From: Candidatus Enterousia sp.
GTDB lineage: Bacteria; Pseudomonadota; Alphaproteobacteria; Rs-D84
DNA length: 55,198 nucleotides
NCBI GenBank assembly: GCA_045648885.1
Contig: JAZROV010000012.1
Coordinates: 1 to 55,198 of the forward strand
Direction: 5' to 3'
The position numbers were made by a program, and so were the translations under genes. Each line of letters opens with the position of its first letter. Position 1 is the first letter of the stretch. A model generated the notes under the pieces. It was not told where the DNA came from. It ran no database searches and worked only from the letters and a program-made list of their open reading frames with translations. Below are positions 9,565-18,837 of this stretch, piece by piece.

Positions 9565-10416
9565 ATGAAAAAATATTTGTTTTTGTTGATTGGTGTGTTT
9601 GTTGCAGTAAATGCTAATGCGGCTGGTGTCGTGTTGTCTGATACATCAATCGATGAAGATTTTTCGGAAACAACAGTTGAAGAAGAACCGTTCGTCGCAC
9701 AACAAACATCAAATACAGATTCTTATGTCGTGGAACAAATTCAACCTGCAAGTAAAAATTTGTTGGCCAATGATACATCGGATCCGTTGTTTTTGGTGTC
9801 GGATGATAAATTTTTGTCTGATACTTATTTGGCATATACAGATGATAAATTGCGTATCGGTCAATATTTGGCATATGGTGTGAATAATAATTTTGTCTTT
9901 CATGTAAATATGCATTACCAGGTAGATTTTACACACAAAGATGAAAATGGTTTTTCTGCAACTGAATTTGGCGGAACATATCGTTTGAATCACGGAACAA
10001 ATGATTCCCGAATTATCACGGATGCTTTGTTTGGTTTGAAAGTATGGGGGTCGTCGCATGTTCGGACCCCGGAATATGCAGATTCTTCATATTTCGCAGG
10101 TTTGCGTTTCGGTCGTCAATATACGGGGTTAACGTTATCAGGAACTGTAAAATCAACATGGGTGTTTGATGATGAACGGGGACTGTCTTATATAGATTTT
10201 ATACCCGAAGCGTATTTCCGTTTCCAATATGATTGGCGTGGTGGAATTGGATTCGATGTTCGTCGTTCTACCAATACTGATTTATTAGATAACCAAGAAT
10301 GGTTGAATTTAAAATTGTTGAAACAATTTGGTAATACACAATATGCTGGACGTTTCGATTATGAATTTGAATCGCATGATATCCAGGTTGGTTTGAATGT
10401 GAAAATTTTGTTTTAA
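9565..10416 (+). CDS. Predicted outer-membrane beta-barrel protein
   Basis: Signal peptide (..AVNANA), beta-strand periodicity and a C-terminal ..NVKILF. Confidence 0.55.
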   Translation: MKKYLFLLIGVFVAVNANAAGVVLSDTSIDEDFSETTVEEEPFVAQQTSNTDSYVVEQIQPASKNLLANDTSDPLFLVSDDKFLSDTYLAYTDDKLRIGQYLAYGVNNNFVFHVNMHYQVDFTHKDENGFSATEFGGTYRLNHGTNDSRIITDALFGLKVWGSSHVRTPEYADSSYFAGLRFGRQYTGLTLSGTVKSTWVFDDERGLSYIDFIPEAYFRFQYDWRGGIGFDVRRSTNTDLLDNQEWLNLKLLKQFGNTQYAGRFDYEFESHDIQVGLNVKILF

Positions 10417-10425
10417 AAAATAAAA

Positions 10426-11682
10426 TTATTTTTTCCTGAACGAATTCCAATATTCAAAACGCTTTTTGATTTCGCGTTCAAAACCGCGTTCAACAGGTTT
10501 ATAAAAACTGACACGTTGCATGTCGTCTGGGAAACAGTTTTGGCCGCTGCATCCACTTTCAGTTTCAGGGTCATAAATATACCCATCGCCATAACCCAAT
10601 TTTTTCATCATTTTTGTCGGGGCATTTAAAATATTTTTTGGCGGCATCAAACTTCCTGTGTCACGCGCAACCCGATATGACGCAGTTTGCGCTTTGTACG
10701 CAGAAATACTTTTTGGTGCGGTTGATAAATATATTACCAATTCTGTGATGGCGATATCACCTTCGGGCGAACCCATGCGTTCGTAAATTTGCCACGCGGA
10801 AAGTGCGATTTGCATCGCGTTCGGATCGGCCAGACCAACATCTTCCATTGCGAACCGTGTCAATCGACGCAGAACATAGCGCGGATCTTGGCCCGATGTC
10901 ATCATGCGCGCAACCCAATAAAGCGCGGCGTCTGTGTCAGATGAACGCAAAGATTTATGAACTGCGGAAATCAAATTGTAATGTTCGTCCCCAGATTTAT
11001 CAGACATCGGTGCGCGTTTTTGAATGGCAGAATCTAATTCATCAGGCGACAAATCTTTCTTAAATTTTGCATTTGCGAGATATTCAATTGTATTTAACAA
11101 AAAGCGTGCGTCACCGTCTGACATTTTTGCAAGATGATCGCGCGCATCATTTGAAAGTGGTAATTTTTTATCTAAAAATTTTTCAGCCCGTTCGATTAAT
11201 GTCAATAAATCTGTCGTACACAGCGGTTTTAATACCCCAATATGGCAGCGTGAAAGCAGGGCGTTATTCAGATTAAAACTGGGGTTTTCAGTTGTCGCAC
11301 CAATGAAAGTGACCGTCCCATCTTCGAGATAAGGCAACAGTGTATCTTGTTGTGTTTTATTAAAACGATGAATTTCATCAATAAACAGCAAAGTATTGCG
11401 CCCGATATCGCGATTCATTCGTGCGGCGTCCATTGCTTTTTTTATATCGGCGGTTCCAGAAAATACCGCGGACATCGGGACAAAATCCATATCTATTGAT
11501 TTTGCCAATGCGCGTGCAATTGTGGTTTTACCGCATCCGGGCGGGCCCCACAAAATTAAATTTGATAAATTTCCAGAATCTATCATGCGACGAACAATAC
11601 CGTTTTCACCTAATAAATCGGTTTGTCCAACGATTTCGTCAATCGTTTGTGGTCGCATTAAATCAGCCAAAGGACGTGTCAT
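10426..11682 (-). CDS. rarA: Replication-associated recombination protein A (MgsA/RarA AAA+ ATPase)
   Basis: Walker A GPPGCGKTT, Walker B LLFIDEIHRFNK, a MgsA C-terminal helical domain (ISA.HKS.R.SD.DAALYW..RM) and an NAPT motif. Confidence 0.93.
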   Translation of the reverse strand: MTRPLADLMRPQTIDEIVGQTDLLGENGIVRRMIDSGNLSNLILWGPPGCGKTTIARALAKSIDMDFVPMSAVFSGTADIKKAMDAARMNRDIGRNTLLFIDEIHRFNKTQQDTLLPYLEDGTVTFIGATTENPSFNLNNALLSRCHIGVLKPLCTTDLLTLIERAEKFLDKKLPLSNDARDHLAKMSDGDARFLLNTIEYLANAKFKKDLSPDELDSAIQKRAPMSDKSGDEHYNLISAVHKSLRSSDTDAALYWVARMMTSGQDPRYVLRRLTRFAMEDVGLADPNAMQIALSAWQIYERMGSPEGDIAITELVIYLSTAPKSISAYKAQTASYRVARDTGSLMPPKNILNAPTKMMKKLGYGDGYIYDPETESGCSGQNCFPDDMQRVSFYKPVERGFEREIKKRFEYWNSFRKK

Positions 11683-11754
11683 TTTTTACTTTTATTTTAT
11701 TTAATCTTTATTTGTGATATAATAATACTATTAAATAATCAAAGGTTTTTCAAG

Positions 11755-12111
11755 TTGGTAAATAAAAATTCAGATTTTACTTTGGCAGTTGCGAATCTGG
11801 CGGCGGCTGCAATAAATGCAAATCCAAAATTGTCTATGCGAGACGCTGTGGCCCAGGCGACAGAATTATTGCGTGGCACATCTTTGAGCGAACAGCAAAT
11901 TTCAGATTCAATTACGCCTGATGCGATTCAATGTTTCGAAGATGGAACATGGCATGTTATGTTGAAACGATATATTAAACGCAAATTTAATTTGACCCCG
12001 ATGCAGTATTGTGAAAAATGGGGGTTGCCAATGAATTACCCGTTTGTTGCGGAAAATTATGCAAAAAAACGTTCTAAAATCGCAAAGAAAATGGGACTGG
12101 GGAGAAAGTAG
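11755..12111 (+). CDS. mucR: MucR/Ros-family transcriptional regulator (TTG start in track)
   Basis: The C-terminal signature LTPMQYCEKWGLPMNYPFVAENYAKKRSKIAKKMGLG matches the Ros/MucR core. Zinc-ligand positions are mostly substituted (see findings). Confidence 0.8.
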   Translation: MVNKNSDFTLAVANLAAAAINANPKLSMRDAVAQATELLRGTSLSEQQISDSITPDAIQCFEDGTWHVMLKRYIKRKFNLTPMQYCEKWGLPMNYPFVAENYAKKRSKIAKKMGLGRK

Positions 12112-12114
12112 TAT

Positions 12115-14073
12115 ATGTCGGAAAAATATGAAAAATATAAAAAGGCTATAAATAAACCACAACGTGCGATGAAGCGCGCATTTGACGCTGTTAAAGATTG
12201 GTCGCCAGAAAATAAATGGATGCAATTGGTGCGGGTGCCAACTGCGACGGTGGCATTTAATTTATATCTGGCGATGTTGTTGTTCACACGTATTGGTCTG
12301 GAAAATCCCATTATTGAAAAACTGGATGATATAAACAGAAATAAAACAGTGAACAAATCTGCAAAAACCAGATTTGGACGTTTTGTTGCGAAAATCAGAA
12401 AACGTGAAAAGGCAAACCCAACGTTGTCTGCGATTTTGGTTTATTATATGATGTTGACTATGTTGGTTGGTGGAACAAGTGCATATACTCATAAAACAAA
12501 CATAAAAGAGTTTTTTAAAGAATGGCGTAAAGATAATGAAACAGATGAAGATATAGAAGAAGAAATTGAAGAAGCAAAGCAAAATACCTTTGCTGCGTAT
12601 AAAGAAAAATTAGAGCCGATCACTCCGTGGTTAATTGCACAATTGATTGCCGCAGAAGGTGTTCATATGGATGAACAGGGTGTCATGCATACGCCATATA
12701 AAGACGGTAATGGAATTTGGACAATTGGGTTTGGTAGTACGCGACTTAAAGATGGTAGTCGCGTGACAAAAGATACGCCACCAATAACGACTGAAGAAGC
12801 ATATGATTTAGCACGTTGGCATTTAGAAGAAAAAGAAACTTTTTTTGATTTATATTGTTATAGTGTTGCAGATGAGCGTTTAACTGTAAGAAATACAGGA
12901 GAAGCCTTTGGGTTATCATCTATTGTATATAATTCAGGAACAAAATTCATAGAGGATGAAAACGATAAAAACCACAAAGAACGTTTTGAATTGTTAAGAC
13001 AGAAATATGCAGAGTATGGGGCTGCGATACCAGATTCTGTGGTTGCTGAGTTGTTTGAAAAGTATCCGATAAGAAATAAAAAGTCGTTTGGTGAAGCATG
13101 GATCGATTCTAATGACCCCCAAGATATGGCAAAAGCTATCGGTTTGTATATGAAAGATGGGAATGGGATGCATTGGCGCCGTTGGTTAGAGGCGGGGCTT
13201 ATTACTGGTGATATAACACCAGAAGATTTGTTGGAATGCCCAATTCAGGGAATGTATGATTTTTATATGTATATGGGGGGATATATAGAATATAAACCAA
13301 TTAAGGGGGATACCAAAGAAACAATAAAACGAAAAAACGCAGAATTGAAAAAACCTGCTTTGTGGGAAAAAACTGCAGATGGATGGATACCAAGAAAATC
13401 AACATACCAGGCCTTTAAAGAATGGTTGAAAAACCCAAAAACAAAAGACAAAGGTACAGGAAAAGAGTGGGTAATAACGCGACAGAGAGTGAAAGATTTC
13501 TTGCCAGAGTATGTTTTACAAGAATGTATGAATGGTAAATGTGAAATAGGTGCTGTTCGGCCAAAAAAACAAACTGAACAGCACGTTGAAAAACGCACAT
13601 ATACATTGTTTTTTGAAGATTTGTACAAAATTGCTGTTAATAAGTATAATGCTGGTGATTATGATGCTGCAATAGAGATTCTAGAAAATCTGATTAAGAC
13701 TAATCCTGATAATGCGTTATTGCATAATGATTTGGCACTTATGTATAACAAAATTGGTGAATATGATAAAGCAATTGAGCATGCCCGAAAGATAGTTCAT
13801 GATATTGGTGATAAATCTCAATATGGTGCTGCGCAATATAATGCGGGTGTTGCGTATGAAAAAAAAGGTGATTTAGAGAATGCTTTGAAAAATTATAAGT
13901 TATCATTATCTAATGGAAATGCTGAAGCCTATGATGCGGTTAAACGTGTCGAAAAGAAATTATCAAAACAAAAATCTAAAACGATTGCGTTTAACCAAGG
14001 AATTCAAAATATAAAGCAAAGTTATCAGACGCCCCATGTCGTTTATTCTGGGGATAATGAATTTCAGGCATAA
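12115..14073 (+). CDS. Membrane-anchored GH24 (T4-type) lysozyme domain protein with C-terminal TPR repeats
   Basis: TM segments near the N-terminus. A lysozyme E-D-T pattern is present (AAEGVHMDEQGVMHTPYKDGNGIWTIGFGST). The C-terminus carries TPR-like repeats (YNAGDYDAAIEILENLIK..ALMYNKIGEYDKAIEHARK..GVAYEKKGDLENALKNYK). Confidence 0.65.
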   Translation: MSEKYEKYKKAINKPQRAMKRAFDAVKDWSPENKWMQLVRVPTATVAFNLYLAMLLFTRIGLENPIIEKLDDINRNKTVNKSAKTRFGRFVAKIRKREKANPTLSAILVYYMMLTMLVGGTSAYTHKTNIKEFFKEWRKDNETDEDIEEEIEEAKQNTFAAYKEKLEPITPWLIAQLIAAEGVHMDEQGVMHTPYKDGNGIWTIGFGSTRLKDGSRVTKDTPPITTEEAYDLARWHLEEKETFFDLYCYSVADERLTVRNTGEAFGLSSIVYNSGTKFIEDENDKNHKERFELLRQKYAEYGAAIPDSVVAELFEKYPIRNKKSFGEAWIDSNDPQDMAKAIGLYMKDGNGMHWRRWLEAGLITGDITPEDLLECPIQGMYDFYMYMGGYIEYKPIKGDTKETIKRKNAELKKPALWEKTADGWIPRKSTYQAFKEWLKNPKTKDKGTGKEWVITRQRVKDFLPEYVLQECMNGKCEIGAVRPKKQTEQHVEKRTYTLFFEDLYKIAVNKYNAGDYDAAIEILENLIKTNPDNALLHNDLALMYNKIGEYDKAIEHARKIVHDIGDKSQYGAAQYNAGVAYEKKGDLENALKNYKLSLSNGNAEAYDAVKRVEKKLSKQKSKTIAFNQGIQNIKQSYQTPHVVYSGDNEFQA

Positions 14074-14085
14074 GGAAAAAACACA

Positions 14086-16095
14086 ATGCAAGTTTATGTG
14101 AATACAGAAAATAAAAATTGGAAAAAATATAAAATAGATTTTGAAAAAATCGCCTATGCGGCGGTTTTGCCCGTGCACAAAGATTCAGAGGTTTCAATTA
14201 CTTTGGTTGATGATAAAAAAATTCACAAATTGAATAAACAATATCGTGGTATTGATAAACCTACAAATGTATTGTCGTTTGAATTGGGTGATGATGTTTT
14301 GTTGGGTGATATTTTTATATCTTTGGATACAGTGCAACGCGAAGCAAATGCAGCAGGGATACCTGTGCCGGAACATGTTGCGCATATGGTCGTTCATGGA
14401 ATGTTGCATTTACAGGGTTTTGACCATATAAAAGACAAAGATGCAAAAATTATGGAATCCAAAGAGATTAAAATATTAAAAAAATTAGGTTATAAAAATC
14501 CGTATGCCTATGAAGTGTGTGATGATAAATTATGCTGTCCTGGTGGTTTTATATCGAAATTGAAATCGTTAAAAATCAAAGAAAACAGTGTTTGGCAATA
14601 TGTTTTATACGCGCTGTTTGGCGCGATTGCATCATTTGGTTTTGCGCCGTTTTATTTATGGTTTTTGTCTGTATTAGGAATAGGTGGCGCATACTATTTA
14701 ACAATTAAACAAACAAAGAAGGCAGGTTCTATTAAATCTTGGTTGATAACATTTCCATTTGGGGCATTTTATGGAATGGCTATGTTTTGGTGGGTGCTGA
14801 ATTCTATTTACGTTGTGCCCGATTTGGCGCGTCAATTTGCAATTTGGACAATACCTGGATTGATTGGTATTGGTTTGATTTGTGGGATAATTTTATCTTT
14901 GCCGTTCGCTGTTATTCGGTATATGCCGCGGAAACTGTCGTACAGGGCGATTTTGTTTGCCGCCGTTTGGACGTTGGTTTTGTGGTTGCGTGAATGGATA
15001 TTTACAGGTTTTCCATGGAATCCGATTTCTAATATTGCGATGAATTATAAAATGGTAATCAATTCAATTTCATTTTGGGGATCGTTGGGGTTGTCTTTTG
15101 TAATAATTGGTATGATTGCCAGTCTGACAGAATTGATTTATGACCGCAAACAAAAATCTGGTTGGTTTGTTTTTATCATGTATATTGCTTTGTTTTGTGT
15201 TGGCTGTGCATTTGGTTATCGCAATATGAAAATCACAGATATAAAAAATATGGATAATTTGCCGTTGATAAGAATTGTTCAGCCTGCAGAATCTGCCGTG
15301 TACAAAATGCCAAAGTCGCGCGAAGAAGCGCACAGTATCGCAGAACAGAAAGTGCGTGATTTATTTGTTTGGGCAACACAAGATAATTCGGCAATGCCTG
15401 ATTTAATCGTGTATCCTGAAACTGCATATCCATATGTGGTGGTTGATGAAAAATTCCCGTTGTCGCGTTTGTTGAATACAAATGTAATTATGGGGACGAA
15501 TTATTATAAAAATGGTGATATGTATAATTCGTTGGCTGTGGCAGATAAATATGGAAAAATAAATCATATATACAGTAAATCTCATTTGGTTCCATTTGGT
15601 GAATATCGGCCGTTTGGTGATATTATTCCAACCCCAGGGCAGTTGTCGCGTGGAAACGGAATGGAATTGATAAATATAAATACGCAATATGGAGATTTCG
15701 TTTTTGCGCCAGCTGTTTGTTATGAAATAATTTTTTCAGGTTCTTTGATTCCAAAAAAACAAACGCCAAACGCAATTATAAATATAACAAATGATACATG
15801 GTTTGGAACGACACCGGGGGTGTATCAACATTTGGATATGGTTCGTCGTTATGCAATTGAATCAGGGGTCCCGGTTGTGCGTGCAAATTATTCAGGAATA
15901 AGTGCGTTCATAACCAGTGATGGTAACGTCGTGTCTTTATTGCCAGTTGGTCAAAACGGTTCTTTGGATGGTTTCGTTTGGGGGGCGCATGATACGGTAT
16001 ATCGTCGTATAGGTCGCGATGGTTGGATGGCAATTATTTTGATGTTTTCAATAATTGCTGTAATATCCATATCCGTATTTCAGAAGAAAGATTAG
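14086..16095 (+). CDS. ybeY/lnt: Fusion of endoribonuclease YbeY (N-terminal ~150 aa) and apolipoprotein N-acyltransferase Lnt
   Basis: A single uninterrupted 669-aa ORF. It carries the YbeY zinc motif HMVVHGMLHLQGFDH, then multi-TM Lnt membrane segments and a nitrilase-like domain with IVYPETA and the catalytic-Cys context PAVCYEIIF. Confidence 0.8.
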   Translation: MQVYVNTENKNWKKYKIDFEKIAYAAVLPVHKDSEVSITLVDDKKIHKLNKQYRGIDKPTNVLSFELGDDVLLGDIFISLDTVQREANAAGIPVPEHVAHMVVHGMLHLQGFDHIKDKDAKIMESKEIKILKKLGYKNPYAYEVCDDKLCCPGGFISKLKSLKIKENSVWQYVLYALFGAIASFGFAPFYLWFLSVLGIGGAYYLTIKQTKKAGSIKSWLITFPFGAFYGMAMFWWVLNSIYVVPDLARQFAIWTIPGLIGIGLICGIILSLPFAVIRYMPRKLSYRAILFAAVWTLVLWLREWIFTGFPWNPISNIAMNYKMVINSISFWGSLGLSFVIIGMIASLTELIYDRKQKSGWFVFIMYIALFCVGCAFGYRNMKITDIKNMDNLPLIRIVQPAESAVYKMPKSREEAHSIAEQKVRDLFVWATQDNSAMPDLIVYPETAYPYVVVDEKFPLSRLLNTNVIMGTNYYKNGDMYNSLAVADKYGKINHIYSKSHLVPFGEYRPFGDIIPTPGQLSRGNGMELININTQYGDFVFAPAVCYEIIFSGSLIPKKQTPNAIINITNDTWFGTTPGVYQHLDMVRRYAIESGVPVVRANYSGISAFITSDGNVVSLLPVGQNGSLDGFVWGAHDTVYRRIGRDGWMAIILMFSIIAVISISVFQKKD

Positions 16096-16261
16096 CGCCG
16101 GGTTTTCTTGATTCGTCAATAGATTTTATAATTGACGCAACAGATGTCTTTTTATCGGCAGCCAATTTTTGTAATACCTGGAAAAATTCATATTCCAGTG
16201 AGATACTGGTTTGGTGTCCTGATAAAGATACAGATATTTTATGCATTTTAAATTTTCCCAA
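16034..16261 (-). CDS. Ribbon-helix-helix (RHH_4 family) protein
   Basis: ISVSLSGHQTSISLEYEFFQVLQKLAADKKTSVASIIKSIDESRKPGANLSSEIRIWIL matches the alphaproteobacterial RHH_4 pattern (GH.TS..LE..FW....NLSS.R). Its 3' end overlaps the convergent lnt end. Confidence 0.7.
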   Translation of the reverse strand: MGKFKMHKISVSLSGHQTSISLEYEFFQVLQKLAADKKTSVASIIKSIDESRKPGANLSSEIRIWILQQLLKTSK

Positions 16262-16682
16262 CCATTAAACAATCTGTCATTGCGCGATATGGATCGTCGT
16301 AAGTTTTTAATACCGATAATGTTAAATTATCCAACATGAAACATTTTCCCAATGCGTCTGTGGTAAACCAAAAAAGGTCATTGCGTCCAAACACTGTTTT
16401 CCCAAATAAATTTTTGTTTCCAGATACTTCGCTGTTCACTTTCGCAATAGAAGGCAGAGGATATTTTATTTCGCGATCTATTTCAATTGGTCCGAATATA
16501 CATGCCGAACCCAATGTTGCCCCGAAAGATAATGTGTAAAAATTTAGTAAAAAAGCAGGCAACATCGCAGCACGAATTCCCTGTAATTCGGCATTTGCGA
16601 TAGTTATAGCGGTTGCGTTTTGTGCCGGAAAAACCGTCGCTCCGCGTGATTTTATCAAAGATATAAATTCTTCGGTATTCAT
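16248..16682 (-). CDS. SMI1/KNR4 (SUKH)-like protein, possible immunity protein
   Basis: 144 aa. The pattern ..ANAELQGI..LPAFLLNFYTLSFGA... then ..FGRNDLFWFTTDALGKCFMLD resembles SUKH-1 family hallmarks. Judged by eye only. Confidence 0.4.
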   Translation of the reverse strand: MNTEEFISLIKSRGATVFPAQNATAITIANAELQGIRAAMLPAFLLNFYTLSFGATLGSACIFGPIEIDREIKYPLPSIAKVNSEVSGNKNLFGKTVFGRNDLFWFTTDALGKCFMLDNLTLSVLKTYDDPYRAMTDCLMVGKI

Positions 16683-16685
16683 TTT

Positions 16686-17192
16686 TTATTCGTTCCCCCG
16701 ATCAGATACATAATTCATAGCAGCAATACTTAAACGGTCTGATGCAGCATTTCCCCCAGCGCCGCCGCCACCCAGGTGTGTTGTCACATAAATCTTTTTT
16801 TCAGGATTTGGCAAAAATACCGTTTGAGCATCACTTTGTTCAATGATGAACCGATCCAGATTTTGCGAATGTGGAAATGTCAAACACATGAACATATTAT
16901 TAATGCTGAATTCGCCGCCCCATAATAATGGTATTCTGAATCTGACAGATGTGTTTTCTGGCATTTGTTTGCCCATGACCAGATTCATAAATTCATCACG
17001 ATTTAAATTCATGAAAGCGATTTCTTCGAAAGAATCAGTCAAAGACGCCAAAAAATTGCGTCGTAATTCGACATATTTTTTAAACCAATCTGCATCTAAT
17101 CGGCAACGTTTTGGGGTATATTCCATAACAGGCAAATCATCCATCCCCAGTTGTGCCAATCGTTCCAGTGCTGAATCTTGGTTGTATTGCAT
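16686..17192 (-). CDS. Hypothetical protein with weak HNH/colicin-DNase-like core
   Basis: 168 aa. IPLLWGGEFSINNMFMCLTFPHSQNLDRF resembles the colicin E9 core [26 protein letters not shown], but the upstream HH is replaced (VRFR). It sits 3 nt upstream of the SUKH-like gene. Confidence 0.3.
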   Translation of the reverse strand: MQYNQDSALERLAQLGMDDLPVMEYTPKRCRLDADWFKKYVELRRNFLASLTDSFEEIAFMNLNRDEFMNLVMGKQMPENTSVRFRIPLLWGGEFSINNMFMCLTFPHSQNLDRFIIEQSDAQTVFLPNPEKKIYVTTHLGGGGAGGNAASDRLSIAAMNYVSDRGNE

Positions 17193-17220
17193 ATTTACGG
17201 TGTCCCTTAAATCTATATCA

Positions 17221-18123
17221 CTATGTGTTGTACAATAAACTTAACACTGTGTCAATATAATCAGAATAGGCATCAAAATCTTCGCGATCATTTTCTGGAA
17301 TCTCGTCGCCTGGGTTTTCAGAGATATATTTGCGGACATCATCAATCGAATGGAACACATGAACCCGCGAATCAGAATCATATTTTTTTAATGTATCAAT
17401 CAAAAATGCATTGACGGTTATTGGGATGTCTTCCAATGTGTCGGTGAATATTGATTCCAGTTTTTCAATTGCAGCCTTTAATTTTTCAATATCACAATTT
17501 ACGCCACCAATCCAGACCGTTTCGTTTGCGCCAATTGCAAATAAATTTAATTTCAAGCCCGAAATATTTGGACTTTTTTTAATCAAAAACGAATTTTCAG
17601 AAAATATAGAGTTTAATTCTGAATCAAATTTTTCATTGTCTACCGTTGGCGCAGAGTGCTGGGTCGCTGCAATCTGGGCGATGTTTTTTGGCAGGTTTAA
17701 TTTAGGCGGTCGCGTCAATTGTATGTTATTAATAATCGGTTCCTTTGGCAATGGTTTTGATTCTGGGGTTTGCGCAGATTTCTCTTTGGCTGGAACGTCG
17801 GATTGAATCGTTGTTTGTTCGGTTTTTGATTCTTGTTTTTTTTCAATCGGTTTTTCCGGTGTGACAGGGACAATGATTTTTATACGCTTTGGACGATAAA
17901 TTACATTGAAACAAATTATAAGAACCAAAATGGCAACACCAAAAGATATATAAAATGATTTTGATACAGATTCACCAGATGCCTGGATTACGGATAATTC
18001 ATGCCAATGAATAGATGAAAACAAATTAAAACCAAAATATGTGTTTAACCAAAACGTCAGTGCCAACAAAACCGATGTTGTACAAAGTACGGATAACAAA
18101 AGACGTTCAATTTGTTTATTCAT
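17221..18123 (-). CDS. Membrane protein with Pro/Lys/Glu-rich linker and unknown C-terminal domain
   Basis: 300 aa with two N-terminal TM helices, a low-complexity linker (PVTPEKPIEKKQESKTEQ..KPLPKEP) and a globular C-terminal domain. No motif recognised. Confidence 0.5.
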   Translation of the reverse strand: MNKQIERLLLSVLCTTSVLLALTFWLNTYFGFNLFSSIHWHELSVIQASGESVSKSFYISFGVAILVLIICFNVIYRPKRIKIIVPVTPEKPIEKKQESKTEQTTIQSDVPAKEKSAQTPESKPLPKEPIINNIQLTRPPKLNLPKNIAQIAATQHSAPTVDNEKFDSELNSIFSENSFLIKKSPNISGLKLNLFAIGANETVWIGGVNCDIEKLKAAIEKLESIFTDTLEDIPITVNAFLIDTLKKYDSDSRVHVFHSIDDVRKYISENPGDEIPENDREDFDAYSDYIDTVLSLLYNT

Positions 18124-18147
18124 TTTATTTTAATTGTATCATATTTT

Positions 18148-18837
18148 ATGATAAACTGGAATAAAATGATTGAAGCAAACGAAATTTTTTCCGATTCGGA
18201 TAAACGAATTGCTCTTTGGTGCAATGAAGTGGGAGATACCAATGATTTGGCGTTGTTGGCAGACAATGTTATTGAAAATAAAATTCCATTGATTTCTGTG
18301 CCGACGAATAATCTGGCTTTCTTGTGGACGTGTTTGGAAAATTCAGGCGTTAAAATTTTTACCCGGCATTTTTTTGAAACAACAAACAGAAATTTAGATG
18401 AAGATGTGTCGGATTTTTCGTGTCAGGTTATATCTGATTGTAAAAATGGCGCGAATGGTGTCCAAGTGTTTTTAAAAATGCGTGATTTTGAGCGGTTTGC
18501 TGATTTGTTGGCGACTGTTCGTGATGATTTGTTTTTCGAACATGATTTGTCTTTGGTTTTGAATATCCAAGAAATAAACGCAAATGATTGGCCGTTGGTT
18601 TTTGAAAAATTACGTCAAATTCATGCAGATTATTTTGGAATTTTGTTTGATGAAGATATGGGAAATCGCTCTGATTTCATTGGACGCATTTACGGTATGT
18701 TGGATAATTGGGATTTTGATGGCGGGCTGCATTTTATGTTGGAAAATAATTTTGATCGCATTGACCAGGTTGTTCGTTTGGTCGAATCAATGCGGTCTGA
18801 TTTGAACGATAAAATACATTTCTTTTTGGAATATTAG
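18148..18837 (+). CDS. Hypothetical protein
   Basis: Long ORF with normal composition, divergent from 17221..18123. The start is uncertain (track 18112; ATGs at 18148 and 18166). No motif recognised. Confidence 0.5.
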   Translation: MINWNKMIEANEIFSDSDKRIALWCNEVGDTNDLALLADNVIENKIPLISVPTNNLAFLWTCLENSGVKIFTRHFFETTNRNLDEDVSDFSCQVISDCKNGANGVQVFLKMRDFERFADLLATVRDDLFFEHDLSLVLNIQEINANDWPLVFEKLRQIHADYFGILFDEDMGNRSDFIGRIYGMLDNWDFDGGLHFMLENNFDRIDQVVRLVESMRSDLNDKIHFFLEY

